A stretch of 64,000 nucleotides of DNA from Porticoccaceae bacterium. GTDB taxonomy: Bacteria > Pseudomonadota > Gammaproteobacteria > Pseudomonadales > Porticoccaceae. Position 1 is the first letter of the stretch. Every line of letters begins with the position of its first letter. The notes beneath the pieces were generated by a model that was not told the origin of the DNA, searched no databases, and worked only from the letters and a program-made list of their open reading frames with translations. Below, in pieces: positions 21,131 to 30,702 of the stretch. The stretch spans positions 9,195-73,194 of the forward strand of contig JBMZEV010000001.1 of the NCBI GenBank assembly GCA_049615065.1. Direction: 5' to 3'. A program made the position numbers and the translations under genes.

Positions 21131-21227
21131 ATAGAGAGATAGCCGCTAGTCAGCGCTTTCTATCAAACCCCTCTTTGCGAATTATCCAAAGAATTTATCG
21201 GGGGCCAACCCTTGGCTCCCTTTTTTT
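21131..21227 (+). ncRNA. Candidate small RNA 2 (about 97 nt), paralog of sRNA1
   Basis: 5' hairpin ATAGAGAG/CTTTCTAT with apical CGCT/AGCG; CAAACCCCTCTT at 21164-175; terminator. Confidence 0.7.
21200..21227 (+). terminator. Intrinsic terminator of candidate sRNA2
   Basis: GGGGGCCAA-CCC-TTGGCTCCC plus T7; the U tail is on the + strand, not on the strand of the convergent yhfA. Confidence 0.85.
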
Positions 21228-21241
21228 GCCTGACATTTAGC

Positions 21242-21655
21242 CTACTGAATTTCGTAGCTGTGGCTCATTTCAACCCCAGCAGCACCGAGCATAATTGAAG
21301 CCGAGCAATATTTCTCTGCAGACAAGTCAACTGCGCGCTTTACTTGGTTTTCTTTTAAATTATTACCGCTAACAATAAATTTAATATGTATTTTGCTAAA
21401 TACAGCGGGCACTGCATCTACGCGCTCTGCCTCTACTTCTGCCTTACAATCAACAATGTCTTGACGCCCTTTTTTTAACATAGCAATAACATCGTAGGAT
21501 GCGCAGCCGCCAAGGCCTAGCAGCAGCATTTCCATTGGGCGTACTCCCATATTTCTTCCACCCTGCTCTGGCGCACCATCCATAACTACCGAATGTCCAC
21601 TGCCGGATTCACCGACAAACATTACGCCATCAACCCATTTTACTACTGCTTTCAT
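21242..21655 (-). CDS. yhfA: OsmC family protein YhfA
   Basis: RPMEMLLLGLGGC and SAEKYCSAS motifs; divergent from crp as in other gammaproteobacteria. Confidence 0.9.
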   Translation of the reverse strand: MKAVVKWVDGVMFVGESGSGHSVVMDGAPEQGGRNMGVRPMEMLLLGLGGCASYDVIAMLKKGRQDIVDCKAEVEAERVDAVPAVFSKIHIKFIVSGNNLKENQVKRAVDLSAEKYCSASIMLGAAGVEMSHSYEIQ

Positions 21656-21812
21656 ACAAATAACCTCAGATTCTTGGAAATACTTTCTTGTTAATACATT
21701 TTAACAGTGAAATCACGCAAGTAGCAGTATTGTTTACTAGTATAAAAATGCATCACTGGCCAGAGGCAATCAAACTCTAATATTTCCAAAACACAAGACT
21801 AGGGGATATCAC

Positions 21813-22489
21813 TTGAACAACCAGAAAATTACCTTTCCACTGCGCAATATAGGTCAGCTTCTTAAGCACTGCCGCAGGCGTAGCTATAAAGCCAGAGGTA
21901 TTATCATTCACCTTGGAGACTACAGCAGTTCTCTTTTTTATATTTTGAGCGGATCTGTTGCGGTTATTGGTGAAGATAGCGACGGCAAAGAAATAACCTT
22001 AGCCTATCTTAATCCGGGTGACTTTTTTGGCGAGATGGGTCTGTTTGAAAAAAAATGTCGCAGCGCACGCATAAGAGCTAAAACAAAATGTGAGGTTGGT
22101 GAAATTAGTTATAGTAATTTTTTTGCTCTCAGCGCCAAGCATCCGGAATTTATCTTTGCTGTAGCGCGACAAATTTCCATGCGCCTTGAGCATACATCAC
22201 GAAAAGCCTGCGATCTTGCCTTCCTTGATGTCAGCGGTCGCGTGGCAACAACAATTATCGACTTGTGCCATGAGCCAGATGCTCAAAAAAACCCAATGGA
22301 ATACATATTAGTATCACTCGCCAAGAATTAGCGAAACTCGCGGGATGTTCAAGAGAAATGGCGGGCAAGGTTCTCAAAAACTTGGCCGCTAGAAAGCTCG
22401 TATCACTCTATGGCAAAACAATTGTTATCCCTAACGGCAATCAACAGAAGCTATCTTTTATAAACGAAAGCCACAACTTTCCTAACTAA
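21813..22489 (+). pseudogene. crp: cAMP receptor protein Crp/Vfr split by a -1 frameshift at the A7 run 22285-22291
   Basis: Frame 0 (21813-22331) encodes the cNMP domain (GDFFGEMGLF, RSA, LAFLDVSGRV). The -1 frame continues PNGIHISITRQELAKLAGCSREMAGKVLKNL...GKTIVI to TAA at 22487-22489. Could be a true lesion, recoding or a sequencing error. Confidence 0.85.
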
Positions 22490-23282
22490 AGAAACGTTTA
22501 AGCTGCTGTCCAGGATTCTCACTGCGCATAAAAGCTTCCCCTACTAGGAAGGCATGAACATCATTATCCCGCATGACTTTGACATCATTGCTGCTGTGAA
22601 TACCGCTCTCAGTAATCACAATACGGTCTTGCGGAATCTGATCAAGCAGCTCAAAGGTATTATCAAGGGACACCTCAAAGGTATGCAGATTTCTATTATT
22701 GATGCCAATCATTGGGTTATCAACAGCAAGAGCAATATCTAACTCTCTCTGGTCATGAACCTCAACCAAGACATCTAGATCAAGTGACCTCGCAGTTGCG
22801 TGTAAACTGTATAGCTCATCTGGCTGTAACGCTGAAACGATTAACAGCACGCAATCTGCCCCGAGAACTCTTGATTCATAAAGCTGATAGTCATCGATAA
22901 TAAAGTCTTTTCGGATAATCGGCAGATTACATGCGGCTCTTGCATCCTGAAGATATTGATCTGCGCCCTGAAAAAAATCCACATCGGTAAGCACTGACAA
23001 ACAAGCAGCTCCACCAAGTTCATAGCTTTTTGCAATTTCAACTGGATCAAAATTTTCTCGGATCACACCTTTGCTGGGTGAAGCTTTCTTAATTTCTGCT
23101 ATCACCGCTGAGTCGCCCGCTGCAATTTTTGCCTGCAGAGCCTTGGCAAACCCACGCGGCGCAGAGGCCAAGTGGAGCTGCGACTTTAACTGCTCAATAC
23201 TGACCTTGGATTTTCGATCTAAAATTTCTTCAGACTTTCTGGTCAATATTTTCTTTAAAACTGTAGGTGTTTCAATACTCAT
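22482..23282 (-). CDS. trpC: Indole-3-glycerol phosphate synthase
   Basis: [24 protein letters not shown] and GINNRNL motifs. Confidence 0.97.
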   Translation of the reverse strand: MSIETPTVLKKILTRKSEEILDRKSKVSIEQLKSQLHLASAPRGFAKALQAKIAAGDSAVIAEIKKASPSKGVIRENFDPVEIAKSYELGGAACLSVLTDVDFFQGADQYLQDARAACNLPIIRKDFIIDDYQLYESRVLGADCVLLIVSALQPDELYSLHATARSLDLDVLVEVHDQRELDIALAVDNPMIGINNRNLHTFEVSLDNTFELLDQIPQDRIVITESGIHSSNDVKVMRDNDVHAFLVGEAFMRSENPGQQLKRFFS

Positions 23283-23300
23283 AATCTTCTCGTTCAAGGC

Positions 23301-24338
23301 TCAGCTATCAGCCTGAGCTCTGGTAAACGCTGCAAAATCGCTAATTTTAGCTTTTGCCAGCCCCGACTCTATAGCGTCTTGCGCCATGGCTACGCCTTGC
23401 TGTAAATCCGCGGCACAGCCAGCCACATAAAGTGCTGCTCCGGCATTGATGGCAATAAGATCTGCGGCCTTGTCAGCGCAGTCCTTTTGCTTGTTGCCCA
23501 GCGCATCAGAAATAATGGCAAATGATTGTTTGGCATCATTTACTGATAGCCCCTCTAGGCTTTGCCGGCGGTTAAAAAAATCCTCGGGCTTAATTGTATA
23601 TTCAGAAATTTTGTCATTTTTAAATTCGGCAACATGGGTTTCATCGGCAATGCTAATTTCATCTAGACCGTCTGCAGAGTGGACCACCATAATATGTTTG
23701 GCTCCCAAGCGACCCAAAACCTCGGCCATAGGCCGGCAAAGGGCTTTGTCGTATACGCCGATCAACTGTTGGTCCACTCCAGCGGGGTTGGTCATTGGCC
23801 CGAGAATATTAAATATTGTGCGCAAACCCAACTCTCGCCTAGGACCAATAGCATGTTTCATTGCACTGTGATGGGCTGGCGCAAACATAAAGCCCACACC
23901 AAGCTGATCAACACATTGCGAGACCTGTTCTGGGCTTAGGCTAAGATTAACTCCCGCCGCTTCAAGAAGATCTGCCGCACCACTACTGCTACTAACCGAG
24001 CGATTGCCATGTTTTGCCACACGCCCACCAGAAGCGGCGACGACGAAACTTGAAGCTGTGGATACATTAAATAGGTTGGACTCATCACCGCCAGTGCCAA
24101 CTATATCGACTAAATAATCGCCAGAAACCTTAACCCCCGTTGCCAGTTCACGCATAACCTCTACGGCACCAGCGATTTCATCAATGGTTTCGCCTTTCAT
24201 GCGCAGGGCAACTAAAAACCCGCCAATTTGTGATGGCGTTGCCTGCCCGGTCATAATCTGTCGCATCACATCGCGCATATCTGCAGATTCGAGATGCTTA
24301 TTATTGACCACATTTTCTAATGCTTGAGTAATATCCAC
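23301..24338 (-). CDS. trpD: Anthranilate phosphoribosyltransferase
   Basis: [22 protein letters not shown] and GLDE motifs. Confidence 0.97.
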   Translation of the reverse strand: MDITQALENVVNNKHLESADMRDVMRQIMTGQATPSQIGGFLVALRMKGETIDEIAGAVEVMRELATGVKVSGDYLVDIVGTGGDESNLFNVSTASSFVVAASGGRVAKHGNRSVSSSSGAADLLEAAGVNLSLSPEQVSQCVDQLGVGFMFAPAHHSAMKHAIGPRRELGLRTIFNILGPMTNPAGVDQQLIGVYDKALCRPMAEVLGRLGAKHIMVVHSADGLDEISIADETHVAEFKNDKISEYTIKPEDFFNRRQSLEGLSVNDAKQSFAIISDALGNKQKDCADKAADLIAINAGAALYVAGCAADLQQGVAMAQDAIESGLAKAKISDFAAFTRAQADS

Positions 24339-24341
24339 AAC

Positions 24342-24920
24342 TTAACCCTTTAAAAAGTTATTTAGCAGGTCATGGCCATGCTGAGTGAGAATAGATTCTG
24401 GATGAAATTGTACTCCTTCCACTGCTAGCTCTTTATGGCGTACGCCCATAATTTCGTCGATAGATCCATCATCATTTTGCGTCCAGGCTGTAACCTCAAG
24501 GCAATCTGGCAATGTATTCTGATTTATCACCAATGAGTGATAGCGAGTGGCCTCATAGGGATTGCCCAAATTGACAAAAACACCGCTATTATTATGGTGA
24601 ATCATGGATGTTTTTCCATGCATTACCTGCTTGGCTCTGACTATCTCACCACCAAAGGCCTGGCCTATACTTTGATGCCCCAAGCAAATACCTAGAATAG
24701 GAATTTTTCCGGCAAAATACTTAATCGTTTCAACCGATATACCCGCCTCATTAGGCGTACAGGGGCCTGGAGAAATAACAATTTTCTCTGGTGCCAGCTG
24801 CTCGATTTCCGCAATGGTAATTTGATCATTGCGATAGACCTGGACGTCCGCATTGAGTTCAGCTAAGTACTGCACTACGTTGTAGGTGAACGAATCATAG
24901 TTATCCACCATTAATATCAT
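24342..24920 (-). CDS. trpG: Anthranilate synthase component II
   Basis: DNYDSFT, ISPGP, GICLGHQ and QFHPES motifs. Confidence 0.95.
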   Translation of the reverse strand: MILMVDNYDSFTYNVVQYLAELNADVQVYRNDQITIAEIEQLAPEKIVISPGPCTPNEAGISVETIKYFAGKIPILGICLGHQSIGQAFGGEIVRAKQVMHGKTSMIHHNNSGVFVNLGNPYEATRYHSLVINQNTLPDCLEVTAWTQNDDGSIDEIMGVRHKELAVEGVQFHPESILTQHGHDLLNNFLKG

Positions 24921-26398
24921 TTTTTCACCTCGGCGTTGACCATGGCAGCAGCGCGCATTACTGCACGAGCTTTATTCATTGTTTCTTTCCACTCCAACTC
25001 AGGCTTTGAATCGGCAACAACCCCCGCCCCAGCTTGGACATGTAATACTTGGTCTTTAATCACCGCGGTGCGAATAGCAATTGCCGTATCCATATTGCCA
25101 TTCCAGCCAATATAGCCCACCGCGCCACCATAGATGCCGCGCTTAACCGGCTCTACTTCGTCAATAATTTCCATAGCGCGAATCTTTGGCGCACCACTCA
25201 AAGTCCCCGCTGGCAATGTTGCTTTTAGCACCTCAATGGGCCCCATATTATCGGTGACATCACCCACCACATTGGAAGTGATATGCATTACATGAGAATA
25301 GCGCTCAACTACCATTTTTTCTGTCACCTCTACCGAGCCAGACTGACTAATACGGCCCACATCGTTGCGCCCTAAGTCAATTAACATTAGATGCTCGGCA
25401 ATTTCTTTTGGATCATCGAGCATTTCTTGCTCTAAGGCTATGTCTTCTTCTGCGGTTTTTCCTCTGCGTCTAGTGCCAGCAATCGGCCGCACCGTCACCT
25501 GGCCATCTTCCAGTCGTGCAAGCACTTCAGGCGATGATCCAACAATATGAAAATCGTCCAAGTTTAAAAAAAACATATAAGGCGAAGGATTGAGGCGCCG
25601 CAAAGATCGATAAAGATTTAAAGGTGAAGCTGTAAATGGGGCAGATAGTCGCTGCGATGGAACAACCTGCATTGCATCACCAGCCATTATATAGTCTTTA
25701 ATCTTATCCACCGATTTAAGAAAGGCCTGCTCACCAAAACTAGACTTAAAATCATCTTCCGTTAATTGGTCTTCGGCATCACTGGCATCAGGCAACTGCG
25801 GCGCTGGCTTATCTAGCTTTTTTTGCAACTCATCCAACCGAGCGTTTGCCTGCTCAAGACCACCAGCCTGCTTGGCATCTACATGGACAACTAGCATTAA
25901 AGTGCCCGACAGATTATCAAAAATAGCGACTTCATCGGAGGCCATCAACAAAATATCTGGCGTACCTAGCTCATCTTTGGGTTGAGATTTTGCCAGCCTA
26001 GGCTCAACATAACGAACAGTATCATAACCAAAGTAACCCACTAGACCGCCCGTAAATCTCGGCAAATCTGGCAGGTCCGGCATACTAAAAAGCTGGCGAA
26101 AACGCTCGACTTCAGCCATAGGATCGTCTGTATGTCGATCGACCATAGGCTTGCCATCTCGAATAATCTCTAGGCGCTGACCATAAACTCTGAGCACAGT
26201 CGAGGTTTGTAAGCCGATCAGGGAATAGCGCCCCCACTTTTCTCCGCCCTGCATAGACTCAAAAAGGTAGGAGTTAGGACCATGAGCCAGCTTCAGGTAG
26301 ACACTTAATGGGGTTTCAAAGTCAGCCAGCACCTCACGAGTAACCGGAATACGGTTGAAGTCTTGGCCTGCGAGTTCAGCGAAATTTTCAGGGGTCAT
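24917..26398 (-). CDS. trpE: Anthranilate synthase component I
   Basis: [33 protein letters not shown] and GTLSGAPK motifs. Confidence 0.97.
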   Translation of the reverse strand: MTPENFAELAGQDFNRIPVTREVLADFETPLSVYLKLAHGPNSYLFESMQGGEKWGRYSLIGLQTSTVLRVYGQRLEIIRDGKPMVDRHTDDPMAEVERFRQLFSMPDLPDLPRFTGGLVGYFGYDTVRYVEPRLAKSQPKDELGTPDILLMASDEVAIFDNLSGTLMLVVHVDAKQAGGLEQANARLDELQKKLDKPAPQLPDASDAEDQLTEDDFKSSFGEQAFLKSVDKIKDYIMAGDAMQVVPSQRLSAPFTASPLNLYRSLRRLNPSPYMFFLNLDDFHIVGSSPEVLARLEDGQVTVRPIAGTRRRGKTAEEDIALEQEMLDDPKEIAEHLMLIDLGRNDVGRISQSGSVEVTEKMVVERYSHVMHITSNVVGDVTDNMGPIEVLKATLPAGTLSGAPKIRAMEIIDEVEPVKRGIYGGAVGYIGWNGNMDTAIAIRTAVIKDQVLHVQAGAGVVADSKPELEWKETMNKARAVMRAAAMVNAEVKK

Positions 26399-26463
26399 TT
26401 GTAATTCCTAGCATTAAAAGCGGGTTATTTTTGTAACGCTATGCGTCACTGGCGATACTATGA

Positions 26464-26520
26464 TTAGCATCGCCACCGCTGGCGGCAAGTCGCCTGCTGT
26501 ACAAAAAGATTATTCTTCAA
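26464..26520 (-). CDS. trpL: Candidate trp leader peptide (18 aa, MKNNLFVQQATCRQRWRC)
   Basis: AAGAGGAAGG RBS, TTG start, R-W-R near the stop; the Trp codon starts an 11-bp hairpin (26450-26475); a second hairpin lies at 26433-26449; directly upstream of trpE. Confidence 0.65.
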   Translation of the reverse strand: MKNNLFVQQATCRQRWRC

Positions 26521-26574
26521 GACCCTTCCTCTTAATTAGAGCTTTATTGTAGTCAATATTGCCTAATCAGTAAA

Positions 26575-27246
26575 TTATCCGACTTTGCTGAGCTCAGATC
26601 GCATTTCATCAATTACTTGTTTGTAGTTAGGTTGACTAAATATTGCCGACCCCGCCACAAAAGTATCAGCACCCGCTGCTGCGACTTCGCGAATATTGCC
26701 GACACCTACACCGCCATCAACCTCTAGGCGAATATCTAAGCCGCTGTCATCAATAATTTTGCGAGCCTGATTTAACTTTTCTAAGGTTGAAGGAATAAAT
26801 TTTTGCCCACCAAAACCTGGGTTGACTGACATCAACAGTAACATATCCATTCTATCAAGCACCCAGTCAATAGCATCAAGTCTGGTTGCAGGATTTAACA
26901 CTAGGCCAGCCTTACAACCCAAATCACGAACCAACTGTAAAGATCGGTCTATATGCTGTGATGCTTCTGGATGAAAGGTGATATATGTAGCTCCCGCATC
27001 GGCAAACATACGAATCAAATCGTCCACTGGCTGCACCATTAAATGGACATCAATTGGAGCTTTTACGCCGTAATCTCTGAGCGCCTTGCAAACCATTGGG
27101 CCAATTGTGAGATTAGGCACATAGTGATTATCCATAACATCAAAATGGACAATGTCGGCACCGGCGTCTAATACGGTTTCAACCTCTTCACCAAGTCGCG
27201 CAAAGTCAGCTGCCAATATGGATGGAGCAATTAAGAAATTTGTCAT
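26575..27246 (-). CDS. rpe: Ribulose-phosphate 3-epimerase
   Basis: [32 protein letters not shown] and VDGG motifs. Confidence 0.97.
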   Translation of the reverse strand: MTNFLIAPSILAADFARLGEEVETVLDAGADIVHFDVMDNHYVPNLTIGPMVCKALRDYGVKAPIDVHLMVQPVDDLIRMFADAGATYITFHPEASQHIDRSLQLVRDLGCKAGLVLNPATRLDAIDWVLDRMDMLLLMSVNPGFGGQKFIPSTLEKLNQARKIIDDSGLDIRLEVDGGVGVGNIREVAAAGADTFVAGSAIFSQPNYKQVIDEMRSELSKVG

Positions 27247-27448
27247 ACAGCACCCTATTTTATATGAGGTGTAATAATGCTAGAGAATGGTTTGAGGTGC
27301 AAATAATTTACTGCCTAATTAGCTTTTAATCCGCCAAACTAATAACAAATTAATCTCAGGCATCTAGAGTGCATGCAAAAATTGTTACTTTGCTTGCAAC
27401 CTATGTAACAATAAACTCTAACCCAGCAACTGAGCGCGTATAGTCATT

Positions 27449-28396
27449 ATGGAAAAATCTCTAGGGATTGTAATGGATCCAATTCAATCCATTAACTACT
27501 TAAAGGATACCAGCCTAAGCATTCTAATGGCTGCGCAGCGCCAGGGCTTCAGACTATTTTATATGGAGCAAAAGGATTTGTTTCTAGAAAATGGTCTGCC
27601 TTTCGCAGAGGTGCAGCCACTGAGTGTTTTTGACAACCCTGACTGCTGGTTCAAACTTGAGAGTAGAAGCGCTGTCCCGCTGGATGAATTGGATGTGTTG
27701 TTGATGCGTAAGGACCCACCTTTTGATAGCGAATTTATCTATTCTACCTATATCTTGGAAGCAGCTGAAAAACGCGGCACTCTGGTGGTTAACAAGCCCC
27801 AAAGCTTGCGTGACTGTAATGAAAAGGTCTTTGCGACTGAATTCCCTCAATGCACACCGCCATTGCTTGTTAGTCGGAGTTTGAAGCGCCTAAAAAGCTT
27901 TTTGCAGGAACACCGAGAAGTCGTTTACAAGCCTCTTGACGGCATGGGCGGCACATCGATTTTTCGAGTAAAAGATGGCGACCAAAATCTTAATGTTATT
28001 CTGGAAACTCTGACCAAATTTGGTAGTGAAACTATTATGGCGCAAAAATATTTGCCGGAAATTACCGATGGCGATAAGCGTGTGCTAGTGGTCGACGGCG
28101 AAGTTATCCCGTTTTGTTTGGCTAGGATTCCATCTGATAGTGACTTTCGCGGCAACCTAGCTGCGGGCGGCCAGGGTGAGGTGCGCCCTCTTTCAGACAG
28201 AGATCGCTGGATCGCTGAACAAGTTGCCCCTGTTTTAGTCGAGCGCGGCCTGTTCTTTGTTGGCCTAGATATTATTGGCGATTACCTGACTGAAATTAAT
28301 GTAACCAGTCCGACCTGCGTGCAAGAAATTGATAGAGCGAAAAATACCGCAATTGGCGACAAACTAATTACTGCAATTACAAGACACATAAGCTAA
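27449..28396 (+). CDS. gshB: Glutathione synthetase
   Basis: MRKDPPFD, KPLDGMGG, RGNLAAGG and EINVTSPT motifs. Confidence 0.97.
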   Translation: MEKSLGIVMDPIQSINYLKDTSLSILMAAQRQGFRLFYMEQKDLFLENGLPFAEVQPLSVFDNPDCWFKLESRSAVPLDELDVLLMRKDPPFDSEFIYSTYILEAAEKRGTLVVNKPQSLRDCNEKVFATEFPQCTPPLLVSRSLKRLKSFLQEHREVVYKPLDGMGGTSIFRVKDGDQNLNVILETLTKFGSETIMAQKYLPEITDGDKRVLVVDGEVIPFCLARIPSDSDFRGNLAAGGQGEVRPLSDRDRWIAEQVAPVLVERGLFFVGLDIIGDYLTEINVTSPTCVQEIDRAKNTAIGDKLITAITRHIS

Positions 28397-28458
28397 TTTG
28401 GTCATTTAGCATCGACTAATGCTTGTTTTTAGTGGCCGCAGAGGTCATATTATCAACC

Positions 28459-29037
28459 ATGGAATCTGCTTTGAAAAAAACCATTAACAGCCTTAAAAAT
28501 CACTTTCTTGTGGCCATGCCCAGCCTGGATGACGAAAACTTTTCTGGCAGCGTGGTCTATATTTGTGAACACAATGCAGAGGGCGCTATGGGGCTAATTG
28601 TTAATCAACAGTTAAATATCCCAGCAAAAGCGGTGTTTGACCGATTAAATTTGAAACAGAACAATAATCAAGGTGATGAGCTGATTTTTGATGGCGGCCC
28701 AATGCAACAGGATCGCGGCTTTATTTTACATAGCACGAGCGAAAAAAAGTGGGAGTCGACCATTCATATTGGCGGCGATGTCAGTTTGTCCACATCACAG
28801 GATATTCTTGGCGATATTGCCCTAGGAGGCGGCCCAAAAGACTCTCTAATTACCCTTGGTTACTCAAGCTGGGAAGCCGGGCAATTAGAGCAAGAATTGA
28901 AAGAGAATATATGGTTAACAATCCCTGCTGATTCTTCGATTATCTTTAATACTGACTGCGCGCAAAGAGCTCAAGCCGCGGCGCTTTCTATCGGTTTAAA
29001 TCTTGACAGCCTAGCACTAGACTCTGGACATGCCTGA
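28459..29037 (+). CDS. algH: YqgE/AlgH family protein
   Basis: HFLVAMP, CEHNAEGAMGLIVN, GGP and LGYSSWEAGQLEQE motifs; start uncertain. Confidence 0.92.
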   Translation: MESALKKTINSLKNHFLVAMPSLDDENFSGSVVYICEHNAEGAMGLIVNQQLNIPAKAVFDRLNLKQNNNQGDELIFDGGPMQQDRGFILHSTSEKKWESTIHIGGDVSLSTSQDILGDIALGGGPKDSLITLGYSSWEAGQLEQELKENIWLTIPADSSIIFNTDCAQRAQAAALSIGLNLDSLALDSGHA

Positions 29038-29485
29038 TTCTAAAAAACACCTAACGATTATGGCTTTTGATTTTGGGCTTCGCCAGATTGGCGTTGCTCA
29101 TGGTCAAACATTCACTGCAACGGCTGAAGGCATAGGCATTATCAAGGCCTCCGATGGGGTGCCAAACTGGGATGATATTAAGGCTGTGCTTAATGAATGG
29201 AGGCCTAATATGCTGTTAGTTGGCTTGCCGCTAAATATGGATGGGAGTGAAAGTGAGCTCAGCCGACTGTCTAGAAAATTTGCTCGAAGACTACAGGGTC
29301 GTTTTGATCTAGAGGTGCTAATGGTCGATGAAAGGCTAACCAGTCAAGATGCTAAGACATCGTTAAGAGATGCAGGCCACGGCAGTGAGGGCGGCAAAAT
29401 CGACCTAACTAAAGTCGATCACCTCGCCGCCGCACTTATTCTGCAAAGTTGGCTTGATCAACCAAGTCTTGGACAGCGACCCTAG
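29030..29485 (+). CDS. yqgF: Pre-16S rRNA nuclease YqgF (RuvX)
   Basis: AFDFG, VGLPLNMDG, VDERLTS and D-x-x-AA-x-LIL motifs. Confidence 0.94.
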   Translation: MPDSKKHLTIMAFDFGLRQIGVAHGQTFTATAEGIGIIKASDGVPNWDDIKAVLNEWRPNMLLVGLPLNMDGSESELSRLSRKFARRLQGRFDLEVLMVDERLTSQDAKTSLRDAGHGSEGGKIDLTKVDHLAAALILQSWLDQPSLGQRP

Positions 29486-30528
29486 TCGGCACTGCGCGAA
29501 TTTGTCGCTTTGGGCAGAAAGTCACGACTTATTACTCCCTTGCTAACCAGTCTACTTAAGCTTTGATCCATCGTCGTCATCCCGGATGCAGCCCCAGTTT
29601 GAAGAGCAGAGTAAATTTCTGACACTCGGTCACTGCGAATTAAATTTTTAATCGCCGATGTGGTTACCATAATTTCGCTTGCCGCTATTCGGCCGCTACT
29701 TTTACGCCGCAACAAAGTTTGTGAAGCCACCGCCTGCAGAGATTCTGCAAGCATTGATCGGACTAAATGCCTTTCTTCAGCGGGAAACATATCAATAAGT
29801 CGATTAATCGAGGTTGCCGCGCCAGAGGTATGCAATGTTGCCAACACCAGATGCCCTGTTTCGGCAGCCGAAAGCGCCATTCTAACAGTCTCTATATCGC
29901 GCATTTCGCCAACCATAATAACGTCTGGATCCTCGCGCATTGCAGACTTTAAAGCGCTGTCGAAACTAGACGCATGCTGGCCGATTTGACGCTGACTCAC
30001 CAAACTCCTATTGCTTGTGTGCACATACTCAATCGGGTCCTCTAGCGTAATAATATGCTTTCGACTTGAATCATTAATATGCTTAATCATCGCTGCCAAG
30101 GTGGTCGACTTTCCCGATCCGGATGCACCAGTAATTAATACTAGTCCCCGCGGTTTACTCGTTATCTTTTGATAGATGCCGCCTAATCCCAGCTCGGCGA
30201 GTGTTGGCACTGCCTCAGGAATGGCTCGAAATACAGCCCTAATGCCGCGATGCTGACGAAAAATATTTACCCTAAAGCACGCGCGCTTTGGTGTTTGCCA
30301 AGCAAGATCTATTTCAGCACCCTTTTCAAATTGGTCAATCTCTTTATCGCTCATAATCCCATAGACAAAATGCTTAATTTGAAACTGATCGAGTGGCGGC
30401 AATGTTGTAGTTTGAATTTCCCCATCAAGACGTAATATCGGCGGCAAGCCGGGGGAGAGATGCAAATCTGAAGCTCCTGCTTCAAGGGGTATTTCTAAAA
30501 CTTGTTCGATATCCATAATTATTTCCAA
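29482..30528 (-). CDS. pilT: Type IV pilus retraction ATPase PilT
   Basis: ASDLHL, GASGSGKSTT, EDPIEY, REDPD, AETGHLV and AIKNLIR motifs; divergent from yggS; start may be 30516. Confidence 0.9.
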   Translation of the reverse strand: MEIIMDIEQVLEIPLEAGASDLHLSPGLPPILRLDGEIQTTTLPPLDQFQIKHFVYGIMSDKEIDQFEKGAEIDLAWQTPKRACFRVNIFRQHRGIRAVFRAIPEAVPTLAELGLGGIYQKITSKPRGLVLITGASGSGKSTTLAAMIKHINDSSRKHIITLEDPIEYVHTSNRSLVSQRQIGQHASSFDSALKSAMREDPDVIMVGEMRDIETVRMALSAAETGHLVLATLHTSGAATSINRLIDMFPAEERHLVRSMLAESLQAVASQTLLRRKSSGRIAASEIMVTTSAIKNLIRSDRVSEIYSALQTGAASGMTTMDQSLSRLVSKGVISRDFLPKATNSRSAD

Positions 30529-30702
30529 TCCTTTGGCTGTTTAGTATATGACAATTACTGCAATGTATTGTTGGTCGCCATATGTTTGCTAAAACACTTC
30601 ATGCGTTACCCCTTAACATCCTCTCACAATGCATGGAGCCCTCACCTAAAAATTGCGTGCAAATTCATATCGTATTTTCCTAAACAACTGTAAACTTAAC
30701 TT

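Noticed and set aside
21813-22331. 172-aa ORF as a complete cNMP-binding protein
   Set aside because: The CRP HTH continues in the -1 frame, so the ORF is a truncated part of crp.
30502-30693. 63-aa ORF between pilT and yggS
   Set aside because: Overlaps the pilT start, has no RBS or recognisable motif, and lies in a divergent promoter region.
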